Below, piece after piece: positions 20,947 through 30,828 of a DNA stretch of 64,000 nt. Source of the DNA: Allosphingosinicella sp. (GTDB lineage: Bacteria; Pseudomonadota; Alphaproteobacteria; Sphingomonadales; Sphingomonadaceae); NCBI GenBank assembly GCA_035942355.1, contig DASZDE010000073.1:8773-72772 (forward strand). The letters are read 5' to 3'. Below the pieces are notes generated by a model. The model did not search any database. It was not told the DNA's origin and worked only from the letters and a program-made list of their open reading frames with translations. The translations under genes were made by a program, and so were the position numbers. Each line of letters opens with the position of its first letter. The first letter of the stretch is position 1.

Positions 20947-22758
20947 TCATCGGCCGGCTTCCTGCACCGTCGGGGGCGGCGGGATAGCGATCGCTGCTTC
21001 GATAAGATGCGGCTGGAGGGGAGGATTTCGAGACTTGCGGCCGCGATCCCACGGCACGTTGGTGAGGCCGATGGGGTAAAGGCATAGCTCGCCATTCGGG
21101 CGGATCCTGAGGCGAAGGAAGCTCTTGTAGCCGCGATGCGCAAATGACGAGAATGCCTCGTTCCAATGCCGCTTAAACAGGCCGAGAGCGACCCACAAAT
21201 AGGTTCCGAACACGCTCGCCGACACCAGCGCCGAAGCGGCACTGGCGGCGACCAGCGACGCGAAGGAGCCCCAGCCCCCGTCCCACCAGCCGGCGGTGCC
21301 ACGGATCACCCAGCAGGTCGCGACGGTGACGGCGGCAGCCTGGGCCAGTGCGTGGAGCCCACCCACCAGCGTCCGGCCCCAGCTGTTGGCTACGTCGGCG
21401 AAGTAACGGTAGCCGCCGAGCGCCACCAAGGCGAGAATGACAGGCCAGGGACTTTCGACGGCCAGCCGCCAATAAGCGGCCACCGCGTCTGCCAGGCTGC
21501 CCCGCATCAACTCGGCGGCGAGCGACCCCCGGCCGGAGACCTTGGCGTTGAAGTGGAGCAGCCAGGTGAAAAGGAAATAGGCAGGCAGCAGCGCCAGCGG
21601 AAACTTCCAGTTCTTTATGGGAAAGGCGAAGTTCCAGAAGGTGAGCAGCCAGGATTCCCGCCATCCCGGGTAGATTGCCTGTTTGGCGAAGTTGCGCCAG
21701 CTAGGGGGGGCGCCGCGGACGTAGGGCGTTCCCGGCTCGGGATATTCATACTCGAACCGCTTGGCGTCTTCGAGATGATGGGTGGGATGCAGGAAGGCGC
21801 CGCCGCCGCCGCAGGTGATGTAATGGCGATCGCCTTCGGTGTAGCGTGCATAATGGTGGCTGTCGCCGGTCAGCACGAGCTTCAGCCGGTGACCTAGCGG
21901 TTTGCCGTCGAGGTCCGTCGCCGCCCCCGCGAGCCGTTCGAGATAGGAAAAGTTGGCGAAGGCCTTCTTCGACTCCTTAGGGTCGACATATTCCCAGCTG
22001 GGCTGGCCGACGCACAGGATCAGATTCGACCCCGCGGCCATCCAATGGCTGGCGACATGCTCGAAATATTCGATCTGGGGCTGATCGATATAGCCTTCGA
22101 GCTGGCTGTCCGTGCCCCACAGCCACCAATTGCCGGGGAGGCGGATGGCGAAATAGCTGCGCGTTTGCCTTGTCTGGCGCCCGCCGATCACCTTTCCATC
22201 GCGATCGCTGCCGATGCCGCCCTTTGGTTGTATGCGCCTCCGGCAGAAGAGCCCGAAAAAGGCGTTGAGGCTGTCGTACCAGTCATGGTTGCCGGGAATG
22301 GCGTAGAGGTCCGGCCGCTGGCCGGCGTCCCATTGCGGCGTCCCGCCTTCGGGATGGTAGGCTTCTTCGAAAGGGCCGATCAACCGGTCGTCATAGTCGG
22401 TGCGGGAGGCCGTCGGATACACTTGGTCGCCGCCCAGGACGAGAATGCTTCCCCGCTGCAGCGGTTCGGACGCACCATCCGGGACGAGGCTGTCCCGGGC
22501 GAGCAGGCGGGCCATGGCGAACGTGGAATTCCATCCGTCACCGGTGTCGGCGATGAAATCCAGCCAAAAATCCGCGGTTCCGCGAGCGGAATAGTCGAAA
22601 CTGACATCGAAGGGCTGCGGCTCGACCGCATTGGCCGCCGCCATCGCTTCGCGGCGGTCGGCGGCCTGCCCAAGCACCGTGGAGATGGCGACCCGAGTTG
22701 CGGTCTGGACCAGCATCACCGGATTGTACCATCCGGTCATGGCAAGCTTCTTGCGCAT
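20947..22758 (-). CDS. Calcineurin-like metallophosphoesterase with C-terminal membrane region
   Basis: ADTGDG, GGDQVYP, IPGNHDWYD, LTGDSHHY, GGGGAFLHPTH; four hydrophobic segments C-terminally. Confidence 0.85.
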   Translation of the reverse strand: MRKKLAMTGWYNPVMLVQTATRVAISTVLGQAADRREAMAAANAVEPQPFDVSFDYSARGTADFWLDFIADTGDGWNSTFAMARLLARDSLVPDGASEPLQRGSILVLGGDQVYPTASRTDYDDRLIGPFEEAYHPEGGTPQWDAGQRPDLYAIPGNHDWYDSLNAFFGLFCRRRIQPKGGIGSDRDGKVIGGRQTRQTRSYFAIRLPGNWWLWGTDSQLEGYIDQPQIEYFEHVASHWMAAGSNLILCVGQPSWEYVDPKESKKAFANFSYLERLAGAATDLDGKPLGHRLKLVLTGDSHHYARYTEGDRHYITCGGGGAFLHPTHHLEDAKRFEYEYPEPGTPYVRGAPPSWRNFAKQAIYPGWRESWLLTFWNFAFPIKNWKFPLALLPAYFLFTWLLHFNAKVSGRGSLAAELMRGSLADAVAAYWRLAVESPWPVILALVALGGYRYFADVANSWGRTLVGGLHALAQAAAVTVATCWVIRGTAGWWDGGWGSFASLVAASAASALVSASVFGTYLWVALGLFKRHWNEAFSSFAHRGYKSFLRLRIRPNGELCLYPIGLTNVPWDRGRKSRNPPLQPHLIEAAIAIPPPPTVQEAGR

Positions 22759-22900
22759 CGGCTCCTCCCCTCGCGAGCGCCGAGCTTAGCTCATCTCCGT
22801 GCCCGCCACATCGGGTTTGACCGTCATCGACGCGGCAATTCCGTTCAGCCTGATCCACTTTGGATGGAACGATTGGCTGCGCCTCCCCAAGCCTTCCGCA

Positions 22901-23092
22901 TCAACGCAGCTTGGCGATCCTGATCCCGTCGATCCGGGCGCGGTCCTGGACCGACTCCTCGCTGCGCGTCAGCGCTTTCGCAATCGCCTTGAGGCCCATT
23001 CCCTTGGCGCCAAGCGTGCGAAGCTTGGCCACTTCCTCGGCCTTCCAAGGCTGGCGGTGGCGAGCGAAATGGCTGCCCGTTCCCCCGCCCAT
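22901..23092 (-). CDS. 63-aa putative HTH protein
   Basis: PWKAEEVAKLRTLGAKGMGLKAIAKALTRSEESV, a GcrA-N/Myb-like pattern; ATG overlaps the upstream TGA. Confidence 0.65.
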   Translation of the reverse strand: MGGGTGSHFARHRQPWKAEEVAKLRTLGAKGMGLKAIAKALTRSEESVQDRARIDGIRIAKLR

Positions 23093-23202
23093 CAATCCTT
23101 GACCACCGTACCCTTGGTCGAGGGGTTGGCGGCGATCGTCTTCTTCACTTCCTTCTTGGGCTTGCGCGCTTCCTTGTTGCTCTTCTTCTGACCCTTCGCC
23201 AT
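23092..23202 (-). CDS. 36-aa Lys-rich small protein
   Basis: Below the track cut-off. MAKGQKKSNKEARKPKKEVKKTIAANPSTKGTVVKD, AAGGAGA RBS, TGATG coupling to the next ORF. Confidence 0.7.
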   Translation of the reverse strand: MAKGQKKSNKEARKPKKEVKKTIAANPSTKGTVVKD

Positions 23203-23214
23203 GTCCTGTCTCCT

Positions 23215-25065
23215 TCAGATGCGCTTGGATGCGATATAGGCGTCCACCTGCTGCTCGAGAACGTCCAGCGGAAGCGATCCGTTGCCGAGCACCACCTCGT
23301 GGAAGTCGCGGATGTCGAAACGCCCGCCGAGCGCCGCCTCGGCCTTCCGCCGCAGCTCGACGATCTTGAGCTGGCCGACCTTGTAGCTGGTCGCCTGGCC
23401 GGGATTGTTGATGTAGCGCTCGACCTCCTTGACGATGTCGCGCTCCGACAGCAGCGAATTCTCCCGGAAATAGTCGATCGCCTGCTCGCGGCTCCAGCGC
23501 TTGGCGTGGAGGCCGGTGTCGGTGACCAGCCGCACCGCGCGCCACAGTTCGAGGCTGAGGTGGCCGAACTCCGAATAGGGATCCTGGTAGAAGCCCATCT
23601 CCTTGCCGATCCGCTCCGCATACAGCCCCCAGCCTTCGGCATAGGCGCCGTAGCCGCCGAAGCGGCGGAATTTCGGGATGCCCTCGAGCTCGATCGCGCG
23701 GGCGATCTGGAAATGGTGGCCGGGCGCGCCCTCATGGTAGCTGATCCCCTCGATCTGCGGCTTCAGCACCTGGTTCATGTCGGCGAGGTTGACATAATAG
23801 ATGCCGGGCCGGGAGCCGTCCGGCGTCGGCCGGTTGTAGAAGGCGACCGAGGCGGTCTCCTGCCGCCAGGCCTCGACCGCGCGCACCTCGAGCGGGGCCT
23901 TGGGCAGGCGGTGGAAATAAAGCGGCGCCTTGGCCATCGCCTGCGCGATGAACGCCTTGGCGTCGGCCAGATATTGCTGACGCCCGGCCTCGGTGTTCGG
24001 ATATTTGAACTGGGGCCCGTCCTTGATGTGCGCGAAGAATTGCTGGAGCGTGCCCTTGAAGCCGACCCGCTGCTTGATCCGCTCCATCTCCGCCTGGATG
24101 CGCTTCACTTCGGCGAGGCCGAGGCGATGGATCTCGTCGGCGCCCATGTCGGTCGTCGTCGAGAAGCGCAGCTGGCTGGCGTAATAGGCCTCACCCTGGG
24201 GCAGGCTCCACGCGCCGTCATTGCCCTTCGCCTTCGGCTCGATCGCGTCGAGCGCGGCGAACATCGTCTGAAAGCCGCGCCGGAACGGGCCGGTCAGCGC
24301 CGCCCGCGCATCGGCGATCAGCCGCTGCTTGACTTCCGGCGGCGCGGCGAGCGCGTTCACCTTCTTGGTGAAGTCCGCCAGCAGGGTGCTGTCCGGGCCG
24401 GCGTCGAAGGGAGCGCCGCTGATCACCTTGCGCGCATCCTCGCGCACCGGCCTGAACACGAATCTGGGCGGCACCACGCCTAGCTCCGCCTGCCGCCGCA
24501 CGCGGGCGGAAACCTCGCTCATCACCCGCTCGACCTCGCGCAGCCGCGACACATAGGCCTCTGCGTCGGCGACATTGTCGATCCGGTGCTGGTTGATCAG
24601 GAACACCGGGATCTGCCCGGCCGGGCTGCCGTTGGTCGAGATGGGGAAGCGGTGCGAGCGCCAGCGATGCTGGCGGCGCTGCCGTTCGACGTCATTCTCG
24701 AACAGCCGGTAGGTGAGCCGGCCGGCCGGGCTCAGCCGCCCGGGGTCGAACCCGGCCTTCATCTGCGCGAGGTGCCGCTCGGCCAGGGCCAGCTCCTCGG
24801 CCGCCTGCTCGTCGCTATAATCGTCGAGCTTGCCGTAATCCTGCTTGATGCCGAGCCCGGTCAGCGCCTCGGGGCTCATCGCCACCGCCTCGTCGAACGC
24901 GCGGTCGACGAAGACCGTCAGTCGCGCATCCTCGGCGGTCGGGCCGGCGGCGGGGGCAGCGGCCACGGCGGCCGCGGCAGAAGCCGCCGGCTGCGGCTGC
25001 GACGCCACCGACGCGGCGACGGCGGGGGCGGCGGCGAGCAGGGCGACAATGGAGATGGGGGTCAC
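23215..25065 (-). CDS. DUF885 family secreted protein
   Basis: HEGAPGHHFQ, AYAEGWGLYAE, RAVRLVTDTGLH, PGQATSYKVG; GTG start chosen by RBS and signal peptide. Confidence 0.9.
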   Translation of the reverse strand: MTPISIVALLAAAPAVAASVASQPQPAASAAAAVAAAPAAGPTAEDARLTVFVDRAFDEAVAMSPEALTGLGIKQDYGKLDDYSDEQAAEELALAERHLAQMKAGFDPGRLSPAGRLTYRLFENDVERQRRQHRWRSHRFPISTNGSPAGQIPVFLINQHRIDNVADAEAYVSRLREVERVMSEVSARVRRQAELGVVPPRFVFRPVREDARKVISGAPFDAGPDSTLLADFTKKVNALAAPPEVKQRLIADARAALTGPFRRGFQTMFAALDAIEPKAKGNDGAWSLPQGEAYYASQLRFSTTTDMGADEIHRLGLAEVKRIQAEMERIKQRVGFKGTLQQFFAHIKDGPQFKYPNTEAGRQQYLADAKAFIAQAMAKAPLYFHRLPKAPLEVRAVEAWRQETASVAFYNRPTPDGSRPGIYYVNLADMNQVLKPQIEGISYHEGAPGHHFQIARAIELEGIPKFRRFGGYGAYAEGWGLYAERIGKEMGFYQDPYSEFGHLSLELWRAVRLVTDTGLHAKRWSREQAIDYFRENSLLSERDIVKEVERYINNPGQATSYKVGQLKIVELRRKAEAALGGRFDIRDFHEVVLGNGSLPLDVLEQQVDAYIASKRI

Positions 25066-25270
25066 GGCACGTCCTCGATCATCGGCGAAAGGTCCGGGTG
25101 GTTCATAAAGTTCAGCTTCCATAGAGCGAAAAAATCCGCCCTCAAGCGCGAACGCGCATCGGCGCGCCGGCGATCGGGACGGGCAGAGGTCGGGGCGGAG
25201 TCGCGGCTCATCCCGGGACGCTGACACAAGCCGACCCGTGTAGGAAAAGACTTTCTTGATCCGGTGACGA

Positions 25271-26197
25271 TCAGCCTCCCTTCCCCGCCATCCAGCACGG
25301 GTCCCAGCTCGGCTCCGGGCCGAAGCGGGCGGCGAGGAAATCGGTGAGTGCCCGGACGCGGGCGGTGACGGCGCGGCCGGGCGGCATAACGACGTGGAGG
25401 CCGCCCTGCTCGAGCGGATAGTCGCGCAGCAGCGGCTCGAGCGTGCCGTGCTCGAAGGCCGGGGCGGCGATGAAGCTCGGCAGGATGCAGATGCCGAGCC
25501 CGGCGAGGGCAGCGGCGCGCAGCATCTCGCCATTGTCGGCGCGAAGCCTCGCCGTGCCGCGGACATGCTCCCACTTGCCGCCGACCCGGAAGCGCCATTG
25601 CTCGTTGGCGTAGAGCAGGATGTCATGGGCGGCGAGGTCGCGCGGCCGCTCCGGCCGCCCGCGCGCGGCGAGATAGGCCGGGCTCGCCACCAGCACCTTC
25701 CTGACCGGCGCGATCCTCCGGGCGATCAGCGAGGAATCCGGCAGCGAGCCGATCCTGACGGCGAGGTCGAAGCCGCCACCGATAAGATCGACCGGCCGGT
25801 CGTCGAACGAGATGTCGAGCTCGACCCGCGGATGCTCGCGGGCGAAGTCGGCCAGCGCCGGCGCGAGGTGGAGGACGCCGAAGGAGAGCGGAGCGGAGAG
25901 GCGGATCGGCCCGGCCACCTGGGTGACCGCCTCGGCGACCACCTCTTCCGCCGCCTCGAGGTCGGCGAGGATGTTCGAGGCCCGCTCGAAATAGGCCTGT
26001 CCAAGCTCGGTCGGCTGCGCCCCGTGGGCGCTGCGCGTCAGCAGCCGGGCGCCCAATTGCTTCTCGAGCCGCGCCACCCGCCGGCTGAGGATCGACTTGG
26101 CCATCCCCATTCGTTCGGCAGCGCGGCTGAACGCCCCCGTCTCCGCCACCCGGACGAACGCGAGGACATCCATCAAGTCTACCGAAGAGCGTTCCAT
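25271..26197 (-). CDS. LysR family regulator
   Basis: AFVRVAETGAFSRAAERMG...LEKQLGARLLTRS; D...GGFDLAVRIG; start may be 26173. Confidence 0.95.
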   Translation of the reverse strand: MERSSVDLMDVLAFVRVAETGAFSRAAERMGMAKSILSRRVARLEKQLGARLLTRSAHGAQPTELGQAYFERASNILADLEAAEEVVAEAVTQVAGPIRLSAPLSFGVLHLAPALADFAREHPRVELDISFDDRPVDLIGGGFDLAVRIGSLPDSSLIARRIAPVRKVLVASPAYLAARGRPERPRDLAAHDILLYANEQWRFRVGGKWEHVRGTARLRADNGEMLRAAALAGLGICILPSFIAAPAFEHGTLEPLLRDYPLEQGGLHVVMPPGRAVTARVRALTDFLAARFGPEPSWDPCWMAGKGG

Positions 26198-26282
26198 ATC
26201 CTGCAACACCATGGTTCGAGTCGGCGGTCTAGCCGCAACGCTGCTATCCCCTTATCTCGGTGACAGCAAGCTCACGGAGGAA

Positions 26283-26915
26283 ATGATGACCAAGGTTCTC
26301 ATCGTCGACAGCGCGGCCACCGGCGACGCGTCGGTATCGCGCAAGCTCACCGCCGAGTTCACCGAGCGGCTGCGGCGGCGCGCGCCCTCCGCCCGGATCG
26401 TCCGCCGCGACATCGGCGCCGAACCGGTGCCGCATCTCACCGCCGACACGGTCGGCGCGATCCGCGGCGGCCCGGCCGACAGCGAGGCGGCGCGCGAGGC
26501 GATCAGCCTGTCCGACGCGCTCATCGCCGAGCTGAAGGAGGCCGACGTGATCGTGATCGGCGCGCCGATGTACAATTTCGGCATGGCCTCCACCCTCAAG
26601 GCCTGGTTCGACCATGTCCTGCGCGCCCGCATCACCTTCCGCTACACCGAGGCCGGCCCGGAAGGCCTGCTCAAGGGCAAGAAGGCGATCGTCGTCGAGA
26701 GCCGCGCCGGCTTCTACAGCGAAGGGGCGGGAGCGGCGATGGACCATCAGGAGCCGCACATCCGCACCCTGCTCGGCTTCATGGGGATCGAGGACGTGAC
26801 GTTCGTCCGGGCCGAGAAGCTCGCCTTCGGCCCCGACGCCGCCGCCGCCGCGATTGCCGAGGCGATCGAGCAGCTCGATCGCCTCGCCGCCGACGAGCTG
26901 CCGCTGGCGGCTTGA
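26283..26915 (+). CDS. azoR: FMN-dependent NADH-azoreductase
   Basis: SVSRKL, APMYNFG...LKAWFDHV.RA..TFRYTEAGPEGLL, FMGIED. Confidence 0.92.
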   Translation: MMTKVLIVDSAATGDASVSRKLTAEFTERLRRRAPSARIVRRDIGAEPVPHLTADTVGAIRGGPADSEAAREAISLSDALIAELKEADVIVIGAPMYNFGMASTLKAWFDHVLRARITFRYTEAGPEGLLKGKKAIVVESRAGFYSEGAGAAMDHQEPHIRTLLGFMGIEDVTFVRAEKLAFGPDAAAAAIAEAIEQLDRLAADELPLAA

Positions 26916-26920
26916 ACAAT

Positions 26921-27038
26921 GGGGACAGTTACCGATCTCATGATCCGGCGAAATCCGGACACGGCTGGCGGGATCGGTAACTGTCCCCAAGGAGACCCCA
27001 GACACGGCTGGCGGGATCGGTAACTGTCCCCCAAGGAG
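26921..27038. repeat. Composite inverted plus tandem repeat between azoR and pirin
   Basis: GGGGACAGTTACCGATC (26921-26937) is inverted to 26972-26988 and 27015-27031; exact 38-nt direct repeat at 26958-26995 and 27001-27038. Confidence 0.9.
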
Positions 27039-27045
27039 ATCCAAA

Positions 27046-27744
27046 ATGATCGACATCCGCCGCTTCGCGACGCTCGGCCATGCCGACCATGGCTGGCTGA
27101 ACGCGCGCCACCATTTCTCCTTCGCCGGTTACCATGATCCCGCCCGGATGGGCTGGGGAGCGATCCGGGTGTGGAACGACGACGAGATCGCCGCCCGGTC
27201 GGGCTTTCCGCCCCACCCGCACTCGGACATGGAGATCATCACCTATGTCCGCTCGGGCGCGATCACCCACCAGGATTCACTCGGCAACCGGGGCCGCACC
27301 GGCGCCGGCGACGTGCAGGTGATGTCGGCCGGCACCGGCGTGCGCCATGCCGAACATAATCTCGAGGACGAGGCGACCAGCCTGTTCCAGATCTGGGTGC
27401 TGACCGACCGCCCGGGCGCGCCGCCGAGCTGGGGCGCCAAGCCGTTCCCTAAGCACGAGCGCGACGGCAGCTTCGTCACCCTGGCCAGCGGCTTTGCCGG
27501 GGATGACGGGGCGCTGAAGATCAACGCCGCCGCCCGCGTGATGGGGGCGACGCTGAAGGCAGGCGAAACCGCCGAGCTGACCGTCGAGCCGAGCCGCCAC
27601 GTCTATCTGGTCGCGGTGAACGGCGCGGTCGAGGTCAACGGGGTTCGCGCCGAGCCGCGCGACGGCGTCGCGGTCACCGGCGAGGACAAGGTCGCCATCC
27701 GCGCGCTCGACGATGCGGAGGTCGTGCTGGTGGACGCCCGCTGA
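27046..27744 (+). CDS. Pirin family protein, YhhW-like
   Basis: HGWLNARHHFSFA, GFPPHPHSDMEIITYV, HQDSLGN, MSAGTGVRHAE. Confidence 0.93.
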   Translation: MIDIRRFATLGHADHGWLNARHHFSFAGYHDPARMGWGAIRVWNDDEIAARSGFPPHPHSDMEIITYVRSGAITHQDSLGNRGRTGAGDVQVMSAGTGVRHAEHNLEDEATSLFQIWVLTDRPGAPPSWGAKPFPKHERDGSFVTLASGFAGDDGALKINAAARVMGATLKAGETAELTVEPSRHVYLVAVNGAVEVNGVRAEPRDGVAVTGEDKVAIRALDDAEVVLVDAR

Positions 27745-27809
27745 CCAAATAAAAGCCTTTACAGACAATATGTTGATCCTTATGCGGCCGGACCGGGTCG
27801 GTGGGGATC

Positions 27810-29435
27810 ATGATGACGAAAGCAGTGAAGGTCGCGCTCGCGCTGGGCGCAGCAATGTCATGGGCGGCGGCGGGCGAAGCCCGGAAGACGCCGAGCATCT
27901 GGGTTCAGTGCGACGGCTATCCCAAGCCTGAGCCGGACGCGGCGAAAATGGTCAGGAGCCTGGCCGCGCTGAGCACGCTCGGCCTGTTCGGCGTTCCCGA
28001 AGGCTATAAAGCCGCGGGCCGGGCCGACGGCGCGGCCGGGGTGGCAGCCTGCCGCGCCGCGCTGGCCGATCCGGCCGCCGCCGCGGCTCCGCCGCTCCGC
28101 CGGGTGCTGCTCAACAAGGCGCTCGCCATCCACCAGCTCGAGGCGAAGAACCCGGCCGGGGCGCTGGCCGCCCTCGACGCGGCCGCGGCCGAAGTCGGCG
28201 GCTTCGCCACCAATCCCTATTTCGCCCGCAGCACGGGCGTCAGCCTCGACCTCGTCCGCGCCGTCGCCCAGTTGCGGCTGGGCCAGATCGACCAGGCGAT
28301 GGCAAGCGCGGCCCGTGCCGCCGCGGCGCGGCCGTTCAGCGCGAGGGTCCAGAAGCTCGCGATCGGCATCATGGGCCTCGATGCGGAGGTGCAGCCCGAG
28401 GAACAGGCGCTGGCCGAGCGGCTGGTCAAGCTCGATCCGTCCTCCGCGGACGCTTTGGCGTCCCTTCACCTTCGGGCCGGCCGCCACGCCGAGGCCTGGG
28501 CGCTGCTCAAGCGGCAGAACGACTTGAGAAAGCCCGTGCCGAGCGCGCTGGCCGCCTTCGCGAGCCGCGATGCGGGCGTGGGGCGCGCGCTGGTGGCGGC
28601 CTTCGCAGCCGCGCGCGCCGGCGACACGGCGAGCGCCGGCAAGATACTCGACGATCAGGTCGCGCTGGCGGGCCGCGCCGCCGCCGAGCTCGGCAAGATG
28701 AAGCTGAAGATCTCCGGCGCGGCGGCAAATCAGCCGCTCGGGCAGGCGCTGGCCCGGCCGATCGAGGACTGGCGATCCGTGGTCGAGGCGGCCGGCCTGA
28801 TGGCGAGCGGGGACGCGGCGGCGGCGCAGGCAAAGCTGAACGCCGCCAAGGTTTCGAGCGCCAACCCGCTGGTGGAGCTTCTCGCCGCGGACATCAGGGC
28901 GAAGCTTCCCCCCGAAGCCCGGCTCGGCATCGTTGCGGCGCAAGCGGCCGATCCTGCCAAGAAGGCCGCCGAGCGCCTGGCGAGGATCGAGGAGCTGGCG
29001 GGGCCCGAGCTCTTCGCCTTGCTCCCCGAACCCGAGGATGCGAGCCGCCTCAACAGCTATTCCAAGCAAATCGGCTTCTTCAAGGGCACCGGCTTCAAGC
29101 ACAAGCAGGTGGAGGGCGGCCTCACCCGCATCGAGTTCGTCGGCTCGAGCAGCTCCTTGCTTGCGGTCGAGGAGATGGCCTTGCTTCGCGCCGCCGATCT
29201 GGCGCGCCAGGGAGGCTATAAGACGTTCACCATCGAGCGGCGGAGCGAATATGCGCGCTGGATGCAACAAACGATGCGCGGCGTTCCGATCGGCAAGAAG
29301 ACGCTTGTCGGCTTCATGACCGAGATGGACGTGCGGTACCACGACGATCCTGCGGTTCCGATGGCGCATGACGCGGCGGCGGTCGCGGCCGCGCTCGCTC
29401 CCATCTACGTTCGGACGAAGAGCGCCGCCAGATAG
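27810..29435 (+). CDS. Secreted helical-repeat (TPR-like) protein with distinct C-terminal alpha/beta domain
   Basis: Signal peptide, Ala-rich helices, C-terminal VEEMALLRAADLARQGGY..F. Confidence 0.65.
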   Translation: MMTKAVKVALALGAAMSWAAAGEARKTPSIWVQCDGYPKPEPDAAKMVRSLAALSTLGLFGVPEGYKAAGRADGAAGVAACRAALADPAAAAAPPLRRVLLNKALAIHQLEAKNPAGALAALDAAAAEVGGFATNPYFARSTGVSLDLVRAVAQLRLGQIDQAMASAARAAAARPFSARVQKLAIGIMGLDAEVQPEEQALAERLVKLDPSSADALASLHLRAGRHAEAWALLKRQNDLRKPVPSALAAFASRDAGVGRALVAAFAAARAGDTASAGKILDDQVALAGRAAAELGKMKLKISGAAANQPLGQALARPIEDWRSVVEAAGLMASGDAAAAQAKLNAAKVSSANPLVELLAADIRAKLPPEARLGIVAAQAADPAKKAAERLARIEELAGPELFALLPEPEDASRLNSYSKQIGFFKGTGFKHKQVEGGLTRIEFVGSSSSLLAVEEMALLRAADLARQGGYKTFTIERRSEYARWMQQTMRGVPIGKKTLVGFMTEMDVRYHDDPAVPMAHDAAAVAAALAPIYVRTKSAAR

Positions 29436-29469
29436 ATGCCGTCAAGGAGCGGATACGGCCGGTTCGGGC

Positions 29470-30036
29470 CTAACTCCCCTTGCGCACCACGCCGCCGCCG
29501 TCGATCGAGCTCGCCACCTCGGGGTCGCCCCAATAGAGTATCTCGCCGCCGCCGTTGACTGCGGCGGCAAGGCTCTCGTCGGGGCGGACGAGCAGCCTGC
29601 CGCCGCCATCCACCGCCGCCGCTGCCTCGCGCACGGGAAGCGCGCGCAGGTCGATCTCGCCGCCGCCATGGACGGCCGCGGCGACCGACGCCTGCCGCGG
29701 GAATCCGCCCGCGGCCGCGATCTCGCCGCCGCCGTTCACCGACACCGCCTCCACCTCGGGGGTGACGATCTCGATCTTGAGATCGTACCGGCGCGGGCAG
29801 CGGGCGTTGCAGGCGTCGATCACCAGCCGGCGATCGCGGCCGCTCACCCGCATTTCGGTGAATTGCGTGCTGCCGCTGCGAATCGTGACCCGCTGCACCG
29901 GCCCGTGGCGGAGCAGCACGCTGCCGCCGCCGTTGAGCTCGATCGACTTGAACTTCGGCAGCGGCACCATTTCCTGCGCTGTGGCCGGCGCCGCGCCTGC
30001 CAGCAGCGCGGCCGCAAGCCATCTCTTCCTGTTCAT
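29470..30036 (-). CDS. GIN/DUF2807-like beta-helix secreted protein
   Basis: Signal peptide; repeated V.GGG.I/L units; ILYWGDPEV. Confidence 0.8.
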   Translation of the reverse strand: MNRKRWLAAALLAGAAPATAQEMVPLPKFKSIELNGGGSVLLRHGPVQRVTIRSGSTQFTEMRVSGRDRRLVIDACNARCPRRYDLKIEIVTPEVEAVSVNGGGEIAAAGGFPRQASVAAAVHGGGEIDLRALPVREAAAAVDGGGRLLVRPDESLAAAVNGGGEILYWGDPEVASSIDGGGVVRKGS

Positions 30037-30209
30037 CCCATTACTCCTTCGGCGACCCGTAAATCGGAACGGAGCAAGAGCCGTGCCAGCGACTCGACAG
30101 AGGCGGGCCGCGGGCGACGCTCCAACGGGCTTCACTCCGTGTCCGGTTCCGGACGCCGCCACGTCCGGCATCGGACAGGGTCGGCCGCCTGCCGCGGCGA
30201 GGCGCCGTC

Positions 30210-30692
30210 TCAGCACTCGTCGTGGTGCGGCTTGCACTCGAGCCGGTCGGCGATCACCAGCGCGCCGATGCCAAGCCCGACCACCACCACCCCGCCGGCG
30301 ATCAGCCACGGGCTGACGCCGTTATCGTCCTCCCCGTCCTCCTGGAGCGACAGGCGGCCATCCTTGCCGATCAGGTTGCGCCCCGCCAGGTTCAGCGCCG
30401 GCCGGCCCGCGCCCGACAGCCCGGCCCGGACCAGGTCGCCCTCGAGCCGGCGCTCACCGCCGGCGGCGCCGGCGCTCTGCTCGACATGGGTCATGCCCAT
30501 CCGCAGCCCGGCCTCGCCGGTGGCGTCGGGCGCCGACCGCTGGCCGAGCGGCATCCGCAGATAAAGTCCGGCAAAGGCGCCGCTCCGCCGCTCATGCGCG
30601 GGTCCCCACGCCTCGGCCGCCGCGCACGGCTGCGCGGCGCCGAGCAGGATGGCGGCGCATGCCGCCGCGCTGATGGCCCTGTTCGTCATCAT
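30210..30692 (-). CDS. Hypothetical secreted/membrane protein
   Basis: Signal-like N-terminus, C-terminal TM helix, GGAGA RBS. Confidence 0.6.
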   Translation of the reverse strand: MMTNRAISAAACAAILLGAAQPCAAAEAWGPAHERRSGAFAGLYLRMPLGQRSAPDATGEAGLRMGMTHVEQSAGAAGGERRLEGDLVRAGLSGAGRPALNLAGRNLIGKDGRLSLQEDGEDDNGVSPWLIAGGVVVVGLGIGALVIADRLECKPHHDEC

Positions 30693-30828
30693 GTCCCCCC
30701 ATTATTGTCTCCTGGGAGGAGCGCCCGCGGCTGTGGCTAAAGGGCGGCCCGAATGGGGCATTTTCCGGCCGGCGCCACGAACTTGCGGTGCTGTGGCGCC
30801 GCGGCCATGTCCACCGGCAGGCCACCCG

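Noticed and set aside
26958-27038. 38-nt direct repeat as a mini CRISPR array
   Set aside because: Only two copies with a 5-nt spacer, and no cas genes in the window
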